IMG/VR virus record: IMGVR_UViG_3300037245_002365
Origin: a virus
Lineage: Duplodnaviria; Heunggongvirae; Uroviricota; Caudoviricetes
Direction: 5' to 3' (one strand)
Length of the DNA stretch: 64,000 bases
Position numbers and translations under genes: made by a program
Part shown: positions 56,971-64,000 of the stretch, piece after piece
Layout: each line of letters starts with the position of its first letter
Numbering within the stretch: the stretch's first letter is position 1
The notes under the pieces: model-generated
What the model was told of the DNA's origin: nothing
Seen by the model: the letters and a program-made list of their open reading frames with translations, nothing else
Database searches by the model: none

Positions 56971-57217
56971 TGAAGAACAATAAGCCAGAGATGCGCTGAA
57001 ACACAGCTTCAACTCATAGTTTGTTTTTGATTCGTACTGATGGTTTCTTAATCTTCTCTTATGGATTAAGGATGTGCGATTAAACACCTATGTTTCAAAT
57101 AAATACCATGTAAAAAATACAAAAGAAAACACTCGCAAGGGTGCATAAGAGCTCGAACAGGTTCGGCTGCTTTGCTGTGTGCTGAAGGCCGACTTAGCGT
57201 CTCTGGTTTGTTCTTCA
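56971..57217 (+). ncRNA. Candidate ~250-nt structured RNA (ncRNA or 5' leader)
   Basis: 5' end pairs with 3' end (10+8+6 bp); internal hairpins including a GCAA tetraloop; no plausible CDS. Confidence 0.55.
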
Positions 57218-57242
57218 CATTAACTACACAAAGGAATTAATT

Positions 57243-57530
57243 ATGGATTTAAAAGGAAAAATTACAAAATTTGGAGAAGAGCCCGTAGAAGTTGATTTAT
57301 GGCTTAATACTACTGATTTAGAAAATGGAATTACACAATATCTTATTAGTTGTAGACGTGATCAACTTGCTTTAGCAGCTCCTCCGTCAGGCGATTTAGC
57401 TAAAAGAGTGTTTGAATCGCATGAAAGATTTTTAGCTGAAGCTGATGATCGTTATATTCGTCAGGCGTTCGATGAGGAAGCGTGGAAGTATGAATGGGCT
57501 GATAAGATGATTGCAGCAAGTGGAGAATAA
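57243..57530 (+). CDS. Hypothetical protein
   Basis: SD AAAGGA. Confidence 0.6.
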   Translation: MDLKGKITKFGEEPVEVDLWLNTTDLENGITQYLISCRRDQLALAAPPSGDLAKRVFESHERFLAEADDRYIRQAFDEEAWKYEWADKMIAASGE

Positions 57531-58029
57531 TATGTTAAAAGATGAAATAATTTGTAACCATACAGAAACAAATATTCCTTGTTTATCTTGTGGTCAGTTA
57601 AGTAACCCATTACCCGTTATTGATTATAATCACCTTTGGTTGTACGCTAGAGGTCATTATGTTCGTAATGATCTTATTGAAGATCTTCAGAAAATCTTCA
57701 TGGCGCGATCTGGTACGGAACTTAAATTTAACCCTATTACTATTGTTAGTATAATTTTGGAACAAGTTTTACCACATCTTAATACTAGGGTAGTAATTGA
57801 GGTAGTAGAGGTTGCTTTAGGTTTTAAAGTTAGGAAACTCTATAGAGGATTCACTGAGGAACAAATTCAAAAAATTTATACTATTGAAGTTATTGAATTT
57901 CTTCTAGGCCAAATGTCGGCAATTGCTATATATACTGATGATCGGGAACCTTTAGTTAATGAGGGAAGACCAGATTCTAATATACTAGAATTGAAACGTC
58001 CTGTTTCTTGGGTAATTAATAGTGAATGA
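57511..58029 (+). CDS. Hypothetical protein
   Basis: Clean co-oriented ORF; CNH..CLSC. Confidence 0.55.
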   Translation: MQQVENNMLKDEIICNHTETNIPCLSCGQLSNPLPVIDYNHLWLYARGHYVRNDLIEDLQKIFMARSGTELKFNPITIVSIILEQVLPHLNTRVVIEVVEVALGFKVRKLYRGFTEEQIQKIYTIEVIEFLLGQMSAIAIYTDDREPLVNEGRPDSNILELKRPVSWVINSE

Positions 58030-58100
58030 TGGTTTAAAGTCAGTCTTCGTGCTACGTGTATGGAGATTGACTATAATTTTTCACTGGAAAAGGAGATAAT

Positions 58101-58331
58101 GTGAGAACCTTTACAGTTGTGTCTGAGATTACTTTGGAAGTATCTGACATAGATAATGTCTCTGAGGTACTTAAGGCCCTTGATGATGCTAATACACGGT
58201 TGAAGAACTGTGTAGAAGATACTATTAGAAGGGGCGAACTCTGGAATTATGAGTTTGGCATTTATACTAAAAGTGAGGCTGAGCGAAGAGTTCTTGGCGG
58301 CAAAATAACTATCGAGGATCGGAAATTTTAA
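58101..58331 (+). CDS. Hypothetical protein
   Basis: GTG start with SD AAGGAG. Confidence 0.55.
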   Translation: MRTFTVVSEITLEVSDIDNVSEVLKALDDANTRLKNCVEDTIRRGELWNYEFGIYTKSEAERRVLGGKITIEDRKF

Positions 58332-58345
58332 AATAAAAAAATGAG

Positions 58346-58660
58346 GTGACAATGGCCGAATTACCGCTTGCGATAGCGTTTGTTGTCGCAATGACTTCAT
58401 ATGGTCTTATTACTAGGTTTTGTTATAGACCTATACCAAAACCTTATGATGATCCTCATTGGGCGACATTTAGAGAGTTTATAAAAACTTGTCCTACCAA
58501 AGAAGAACTTAATTGGCAGTATGATAATGGTTTTCTTGGGTATAACTATAGAGAGCATAAATGGCTTTCCTATGGTGATTTGGCAGGTTGGTTGAACTTT
58601 CCTGAGCATTTTGATTATTACTGGAATGCTGCACAACAACAAAGATGGAGAAAAAAATGA
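58346..58660 (+). CDS. Membrane-anchored hypothetical protein
   Basis: N-terminal TM helix. Confidence 0.55.
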   Translation: MTMAELPLAIAFVVAMTSYGLITRFCYRPIPKPYDDPHWATFREFIKTCPTKEELNWQYDNGFLGYNYREHKWLSYGDLAGWLNFPEHFDYYWNAAQQQRWRKK

Positions 58661-59121
58661 AAAAAATATTAATTTTTCTGGCAATGGTATCTTTTTTAGT
58701 ACCAACGGCAGTTTTGCAGGGTCAGGATGTTTCTATTAGAGGAGGCCTAGGTTATCCTTTACAGGTTGTAGTTAAAGGAAGAGTTCCTTATGGTTCAAAT
58801 CATGTGGTTATACAGACTGCAGGGGATCAAACTCGAAAAAAGGGAGCGCTTCTTGGGGTTACAGCGATCATAAATGGTGAAGACTTTGATTTTCCTGTAG
58901 AGGTAGTTAAAGGTAGATTTAATGAAACATATACAATACCTACTTGGAAAATTGTTCAGGGTAGTGCAAGTAGAATTACGTGGGTTGTTTCACTTTGGAG
59001 AACAAAGTTTACACCACTTGCGTGTTCGCAACTAAATGGAGTTGCTTGTAGTAATTGTAAATTAAATGGGTATCATTTGGCAAGACGCCAAACCTATAAA
59101 GCACTTAAATGGTCTTTTTGA
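58645..59121 (+). CDS. Exported hypothetical protein with signal peptide
   Basis: MKKILIFLAMVSFLVPTAVLQG signal-like; C-terminal C..C..C. Confidence 0.6.
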   Translation: MEKKMKKILIFLAMVSFLVPTAVLQGQDVSIRGGLGYPLQVVVKGRVPYGSNHVVIQTAGDQTRKKGALLGVTAIINGEDFDFPVEVVKGRFNETYTIPTWKIVQGSASRITWVVSLWRTKFTPLACSQLNGVACSNCKLNGYHLARRQTYKALKWSF

Positions 59122-59248
59122 AAATTTTAAAAAATAAATTTTCGAAAGTTGAGGGTGGGGGCACTACCAGGTTGATTGCAGACTCTGGTTCGTCCCGGGG
59201 GTAGTGTATGGAACCTTAATCCTTGATGTCGAGTTTGGATTTGTTATT

Positions 59249-59258
59249 GGTATAAGAA
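59249..59258 (+). promoter_or_regulatory. GGTATAAGAA motif, copy 8
   Basis: Exact 10-mer immediately before the large structured RNA candidate. Confidence 0.7.
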
Positions 59259-59261
59259 TAA

Positions 59262-59832
59262 TGAGTGTTATAGTGTTAGACTGCTATGCAGTCTTTACTA
59301 CATACAGGTGGTTGCCATGCAGCCCCAAGGTCACTGTAGGCATTATGACACGCAAAAGCTTTTTTTAATTAGCATAGTGATTCCTTTCGATAATCTATGC
59401 AAAATGGAGTGGAGTAGGTAGAGTACGTGTGATATCCGCTCATCAGACAGTGTAGTGCCTGATTATTGTTGGTTACATTGTTCACGCATATTCCTTATTT
59501 CACTCCTATTTTTTTGATAATGCAACGCCATGAAGCCGTATAGGCGAAGAGAGTCACTCGCTACAGAAATCCGGACTTCGCGAAAGCCTTGAGCCGTCAG
59601 TAAAGTAGCAAAGTGCGTAACGCACACCCATTATCAAATTTTTAGATCGTCTACACACGGTTGTTGGGCTGGAGGGTCGACCACGCAAAACAGCTATATA
59701 CCGCCCATATCTCATTGGTATGGGCAAAAATTATAGGTACCCGACTTTGACGGTGCCTGTTAGAGAGGTGAACACCAATACTGTTCACCTCTTGGACGTC
59801 TTTCTATTGGTAACACAGTAACGCTGTGTTTT
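59262..59832 (+). ncRNA. Candidate ~570-nt structured non-coding RNA
   Basis: No ORF of 60 aa or more; at least eight predicted helices, one long-range helix, possible 5'/3' closure; own promoter motif and terminal hairpin. Confidence 0.6.
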
Positions 59833-60127
59833 GTGTTTGAATGCGCTATGCACATAGCGCGTCACGTAGCATCACCTCCGATGCGTTTAAGTCCCGTACT
59901 TCTGTACGGGCAAACTTTCAGTGTAGATAACAACACCGGTAAACATAAAAACATAGAAACTCTGATACAGCAAAACTCCGACATAAAAACATATGTTGTT
60001 ATCTGCACATATTTACATACCCCAGAGGCCCCTTTCACCGTTATTCCTAACACAAAGGGTGGTAAAAGAGAGTTTGTTATCGCAAACTCTTTTTTTACGT
60101 TAAATTCCACAATTCTTGTCGAATTCA

Positions 60128-60137
60128 GGTATAAGAA
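60128..60137 (+). promoter_or_regulatory. GGTATAAGAA motif, copy 9
   Basis: Exact 10-mer followed by CAGTACAATGTAATC. Confidence 0.7.
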
Positions 60138-60173
60138 CAGTACAATGTAATCTATAACAAAAGGAGACTACAA

Positions 60174-60317
60174 ATGAAGTTAACTGATGAACAAGTACAA
60201 GAAGCAATTGATGCTAGTAATGATGCATCACTAGCATTTATAGCTGGTGCTATACTTGGAGCAGTTGTTGCTACAATAACTGTATGTACTTTAGACTATT
60301 TCTTCGGAAAGAAGTAA
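60174..60317 (+). CDS. 47-aa single-TM protein missed by the ORF track (MKLTDEQVQEAIDA...)
   Basis: SD AAAGGAG; between the motif and a terminator. Confidence 0.65.
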   Translation: MKLTDEQVQEAIDASNDASLAFIAGAILGAVVATITVCTLDYFFGKK

Positions 60318-60324
60318 TAAACGC

Positions 60325-60357
60325 AAAAAAGGGGTTGAGCAATCAATCCCTTTTTTT
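60325..60357. terminator. Bidirectional intrinsic terminator
   Basis: A6-GGGGTTGA-gcaa-TCAATCCC-T7. Confidence 0.8.
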
Positions 60358-60466
60358 AACTTAAGAATCCTATTCGATACTATTTAACTATTTTTTATGT
60401 TTTAAAAAGATAGTCAGATCGAAAACAACAACCTTCGCGTACGACCAGGTTCTCGTTTTGCCCATT

Positions 60467-61138
60467 TTACCAAGTTTTTTGCCCATTTTCAGTACGCATT
60501 GCTATCCAATCATTGTAAACTCCTCGTAATCCTACGCGATCAAACAATTCTGCGTCAAACTCTTTATTTAAATGATTGTCACCCACACCTATTGCTGCTT
60601 CAACAATAAAAAGAGCGTCAGATACATCAGTTTTAATATCTTCAGAAAGTAAATCATCAATTACAGTATTTAAGGCTTCTATCGCAATAATCATATACTC
60701 TTCTCGTATTTTTTCCATTTTTCGATCAGAGAACATAAAAATTGTTGCTTCGTCCGATTCTGCACATAATTCGTCTATATACTCATTCGATCTTGCACGC
60801 AGTTCATCCATATAAATATCAAAACTATGTGGTGGTAATGGTTGTACTACATAACCAAGCCTTTCCATTCTATTATCAGTGTGTTGTAATCTCTCACTTT
60901 CAACAATATTTGTTTTTATATGCTCAAGAACACCCTCTGCAAAAGCAATACCTTCAGGATCTAATCTACAATCCCGTATTTTACCAAAAGTTTCATTACC
61001 ATCCCCATCTATACTAACTTCTAACGCAAGTCCTAAAGGATGAAAAAAGAGCCTATTTGCCTCTTGAAGAAAACCTTTCTCTCTAAACTCTTTTATATCC
61101 ATATATTTCATTTCATTTATTTCATTTATTTCATTCAT
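60467..61138 (-). CDS. Hypothetical protein
   Basis: MDIKEFREKGFLQEANRLFFHPLGLALEV N-terminal domain; TAATG-coupled. Confidence 0.6.
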   Translation of the reverse strand: MNEINEINEMKYMDIKEFREKGFLQEANRLFFHPLGLALEVSIDGDGNETFGKIRDCRLDPEGIAFAEGVLEHIKTNIVESERLQHTDNRMERLGYVVQPLPPHSFDIYMDELRARSNEYIDELCAESDEATIFMFSDRKMEKIREEYMIIAIEALNTVIDDLLSEDIKTDVSDALFIVEAAIGVGDNHLNKEFDAELFDRVGLRGVYNDWIAMRTENGQKTW

Positions 61139-61704
61139 TATTTTTTATTTGATTTCTTCTTTTTTGTAATTGATTTTTTCTTCTTTGTAACCTTTTTTTT
61201 TGGTTTATCTACCACAGCATCTTTAGCATTAATTTCTTCTACTAATCTTTCTACAATTTCTGTTACAGGCTCAACCTCTAACTTAGCAGTTGGTTCCCAA
61301 CCCGTAGGAGCAATGCCTACTGATCCCTCAGTATCTATTTGCAATATCTCACTTGGTGACTCATCGCCAATACGTAAATGTCCAGTATCTTCAATTACTA
61401 TCTCAGTTGGTGGTGGACTCGTACCAATTCCGACTCTTCCAGCTTCTTCAATAATCATTTCTTTAGTTAATCGTACTGCTTCATCCTCTATCGCTTTTTT
61501 CTCAGATTCACTAAATTCAACATTTTCACCTTCTTCAATAACAAGAGGCGCTGATGGATCTCCACCATGTCCTGTTCCTATTTCTTCTGTTTCAACTGGT
61601 TTTGGTGGTGTACCCTTAGCTACAGCTCTTTCTTGTTGCACTGAGCCCTTTGGATCTAATTTTTGTGCTACCATTTTCTTGTAATGGTCCATTTGTAATG
61701 CCAT
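61138..61704 (-). CDS. Acidic protein with degenerate fibre-type VGIG repeats and a Lys-rich tail
   Basis: GRVGIGTSP..GHLRIG..GSVGIAP..PTAKLEV; SD AAGGAG. Confidence 0.6.
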   Translation of the reverse strand: MALQMDHYKKMVAQKLDPKGSVQQERAVAKGTPPKPVETEEIGTGHGGDPSAPLVIEEGENVEFSESEKKAIEDEAVRLTKEMIIEEAGRVGIGTSPPPTEIVIEDTGHLRIGDESPSEILQIDTEGSVGIAPTGWEPTAKLEVEPVTEIVERLVEEINAKDAVVDKPKKKVTKKKKSITKKKKSNKK

Positions 61705-61709
61705 TTTCT

Positions 61710-61862
61710 CTATTCTCCTTTAATTTTCATTATTCTATTCAATTTAATATACAAAGAAACCAAAAAACGCTCCCAATGACTCCATATGTATTTGTCATCC
61801 CAGAGCCAATACTCATATTCTTTCTTTCGTATCTCTATTACTTTATTCTTTAACCACTGCAT
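61710..61862 (-). CDS. 50-aa Trp-rich hypothetical protein missed by the ORF track (MQWLKNKVIE...)
   Basis: Hand-translated; TAATG-coupled to the upstream ORF. Confidence 0.5.
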   Translation of the reverse strand: MQWLKNKVIEIRKKEYEYWLWDDKYIWSHWERFLVSLYIKLNRIMKIKGE

Positions 61863-62248
61863 TAGTTATACACAATGTTATCATCGTAATAGATATTATT
61901 GTTTAAATGTTCGAAGGTAAACTCTCCATTCTTCATTTCTAATTTGCTTCCAACCAGTAACTCAGCAGTTTGCTGATCTAATACTACTTTTACTGTACCT
62001 ACTTTATATATTTTATCTTCTTCAATGATTTCATCATCAAAGAACATATCAAACTGTTTCTTTGAAACCTCTACTTTATCGCCTACAAGCACTATTTTTA
62101 CTTTTGATGCAATTCTGAGAATTTCATTGGGATTGTGGTTGGCTTTTTTATGTTCATCATTAATCTTTATCTGTGCAAATGGTGATATTTCAAGTGGGCA
62201 ACTGTAGCTCATCTTTTTCTTTTTCTGATTTTTGTTTTTCTCTTCCAT
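61862..62248 (-). CDS. Hypothetical protein; probable leaderless start at 62248
   Basis: ATG 5 nt after a -10 box; the track start at 62272 lies inside the promoter. Confidence 0.55.
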   Translation of the reverse strand: MEEKNKNQKKKKMSYSCPLEISPFAQIKINDEHKKANHNPNEILRIASKVKIVLVGDKVEVSKKQFDMFFDDEIIEEDKIYKVGTVKVVLDQQTAELLVGSKLEMKNGEFTFEHLNNNIYYDDNIVYN

Positions 62249-62253
62249 ACTTA

Positions 62254-62283
62254 AATATAAACATATTTCCAACTGTATTTCAA
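62254..62283 (-). promoter_or_regulatory. Sigma70-type promoter TTGAAA-N18-TATATT
   Basis: Weaker -35 match. Confidence 0.55.
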
Positions 62284-62349
62284 GTATTATCTAGTGTTTA
62301 AAACAAAATAGACGCTTTCGCGCCTATTTATCAACCATTTATACTCTAT

Positions 62350-63174
62350 TTAAATTAATGCTTGTTGCAACTCACTCACTACACCATCTAATGCCTGTGT
62401 AGTACGATTGTCTGCTCCCGCTACTGGAATAGACCGTTCAGACCTATTCTTTATACCCAAATTAGCAATTTGTGCTTTCACACGACTTAAACGTAACAAT
62501 GAGCCAGGAGTAATTGTTGTAGGCAATTCACCTGCACCTGTGTGCTGTGGATATAATACAGTATCATTTCTATGATCAGTTCCTTTATATGAAGAACCAC
62601 TTGCATGCATGTAATCTTCTGCTATTTTAAGCATTGATTGTTTCTTTTTTTTCTTATATGACCTTATTGCTAATCCAGCACCCAATACCGCTACTCCAGC
62701 TAAACCATGTTCTAATTTCATTCGATTGGGCCGAAGTTCCCATGCATATCTATATGATTTTTTAGCTGCACCAAAATCAAGTTTACCTTTTTTACTATGC
62801 AATCCACCCCACAAATGTGCAAGAGCCTCACTCTGACCAACTATAGGTTTTAAGTGAAACAGCTCATGCCTTAAGATTTCTCTTGTAGGCACTTCTTTCG
62901 TACCAAGCCTAATATACGCTTTTCCCTTACTATACGTTCCGCCAGGACTTGACTCTAAATACATTTTAGCTTTTATAGTCTTTTTAAATTTTTTTGCTTC
63001 TTTTTTAGTGGGAGCTACAAAATCAAGAACTTTAAGAAGAAGAGCAGGCGCTTTTTGTTCAAAAACCCTGTCAACCATGAATTTATCTATTTTATGGGAA
63101 GGGCCAGACACAAAATAGGCTTTCGTTTTACCTACTCTATGTGTTCTAACTTTTTTCCTACTAAATATATCCAT
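62350..63174 (-). CDS. Basic protein with zincin-like HExxH motif, TM-like segment and internal QSMLKIA site
   Basis: YIRLG...REILRHELFH...SEALAH. Confidence 0.6.
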   Translation of the reverse strand: MDIFSRKKVRTHRVGKTKAYFVSGPSHKIDKFMVDRVFEQKAPALLLKVLDFVAPTKKEAKKFKKTIKAKMYLESSPGGTYSKGKAYIRLGTKEVPTREILRHELFHLKPIVGQSEALAHLWGGLHSKKGKLDFGAAKKSYRYAWELRPNRMKLEHGLAGVAVLGAGLAIRSYKKKKKQSMLKIAEDYMHASGSSYKGTDHRNDTVLYPQHTGAGELPTTITPGSLLRLSRVKAQIANLGIKNRSERSIPVAGADNRTTQALDGVVSELQQALI

Positions 63175-63178
63175 TGGA

Positions 63179-64000
63179 TTATTTAGCAGTTTTAATGCGT
63201 CCTATGCGTTGTAGTGCTAGAACAACATCAGTAACTGATAACATTGCACTCTTGATTGCATCCTCTGGTAGTCCATTCAGTCCTACTCTAGAGGCAAGCA
63301 ACAGTTTAGCCATTTCACTCATTAACATTTCATACTGTGGAAGCATATTAACAAATTCCATAATATTATTCTTTTTAATCAGTCCTAATGAAAGCACAGC
63401 ATCTACTGTATTTTTATCAGGTATGATTGCAGCTTCTTTAACTAGATTTACAGCTATTTCGTCTACTTCAGATATTTCTTCAATATAATTCTCTTTGATA
63501 CTCTCTGCAATCTTCTCAATACCCATTGGTGCAAACATATCATAATCAAACTTAACTTTATCATGTTTCTTCATAGAACTCACTTTAATCAGGTCTTCCT
63601 CATATGCTCCACAATGTAATGCTGCCCAATATGCAGTATCTACATCCAGATCACGAATATCATGTCTCACAGCGTATTTCTCGAAGTCTGGGCCTGATAA
63701 TTGATACAAGCCAAGTCCATCACGTTCTACTATATTACGAGCAAAGACATTTTCTACTTTTTCTGATGGTTCCTCAATGCGTTCACCTGCCAATTTAATG
63801 AAGGTACTAGTCTCAGGGACTAGATAAGCATTAGGATACATCGCATGCTTTGTAAACTCTTCTACTCTATCAGTTACGATGTAAGAAGCTTCTGATGTTT
63901 CAAATACTATTGAATCATTTGGATTGTCTACAGTTGGTGCCAATTCACATAGTTTTGCAGATATTTTAAGCATATCAGCTAATTGTTGTGACGCTGCTTT
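63179..64000 (-). CDS. C-terminal part of a large head-module-type protein (5' end outside the window)
   Basis: Frame stays open to base 64000; contains KxA sites and TVDAVLSLG..LAKLLLASRVG. Confidence 0.65.
   Translation of the reverse strand, partial: KAASQQLADMLKISAKLCELAPTVDNPNDSIVFETSEASYIVTDRVEEFTKHAMYPNAYLVPETSTFIKLAGERIEEPSEKVENVFARNIVERDGLGLYQLSGPDFEKYAVRHDIRDLDVDTAYWAALHCGAYEEDLIKVSSMKKHDKVKFDYDMFAPMGIEKIAESIKENYIEEISEVDEIAVNLVKEAAIIPDKNTVDAVLSLGLIKKNNIMEFVNMLPQYEMLMSEMAKLLLASRVGLNGLPEDAIKSAMLSVTDVVLALQRIGRIKTAK

Noticed and set aside
57160-59192. GGTTCG T-loop-like words at 57160 and 59187 as tRNAs
   Set aside because: No cloverleaf, acceptor stem or anticodon arm could be built.
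59530-59590. AGCCGTA and ACAGAAATCCGG as group II intron domain V or RNase P P4
   Set aside because: The complementary partners (ACGTACGG; GGAAAGTCC) are absent; tmRNA termini and tag were also not found.
59833-60150. Overlapping ORFs 59833-60150 (+) and 59862-60110 (-)
   Set aside because: No SD or motif, mutually antisense, and the plus ORF runs through the next promoter box; a short real gene here cannot be excluded.
61746-61751. TATATT as a ninth late promoter
   Set aside because: No acceptable -35 at 17-18 nt and it lies inside a 50-aa CDS.
837-63798. Numerous antisense or overlapping ORFs in the track (e.g. 837-1142, 6707-7051, 20308-20739, 31621-32052, 43977-44570, 61040-61684)
   Set aside because: They lie opposite well-supported genes, lack SD or motifs, and mirror the low-complexity composition of the real gene.
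1-64000. Stop-codon reassignment, inteins, self-splicing introns, integrase or IS elements
   Set aside because: Core genes (polA, terL, sheath, MCP) are full-length and uninterrupted in the standard code, and no such motifs were recognised.

Overview
This 64-kb AT-rich window is a fragment of a large tailed-phage genome with a contractile tail (myovirus-like); no host chromosomal genes were seen. It has alternating strand blocks. (+) 1-8055: an apparent ubiquitin-like cassette (large ORF open at the window edge, beta-grasp-like protein ending ..AGG-VG, JAB/MPN protease, ThiF/E1 enzyme), then a holin-like ORF, a short sigma-70 factor, family A DNA polymerase and dNMP kinase. (-) 8107-36894: tail tube and sheath, fibres, neck, major capsid, acidic scaffold-like proteins, prohead protease, large terminase, ribosomal protein bS21, a Pol-beta-type nucleotidyltransferase, a PAS protein, a LigD-type phosphoesterase-ligase plus a second stand-alone phosphoesterase, an Ogr-like zinc finger, and six unrelated ORFs sharing an N-terminal M(D/N/S)KAExxFEK(L/I)A-type leader. 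(+) 37092-39815 and 52743-60317: small, mostly membrane-associated ORFs behind nine copies of GGTATAAGAA, with two structured non-coding candidates (~250 nt and ~570 nt). (-) 39963-52571 and 60467-64000: large beta-propeller fibre/adhesin proteins and hypotheticals. Eight TTGAC(A/T/C)/TTGAAA-N17/18-TATATT promoters lie on the minus strand, several apparently leaderless. No tRNA, rRNA, CRISPR array, integrase or transposase was recognised. All functional calls come from motif recognition by eye; no database search was run. Leading candidates for undescribed biology: the phage-encoded Ubl/E1/JAB(/E2?) system, a capsid-targeting/cleavage tag on putative injected cargo (including end-repair enzymes), and the two ncRNAs.
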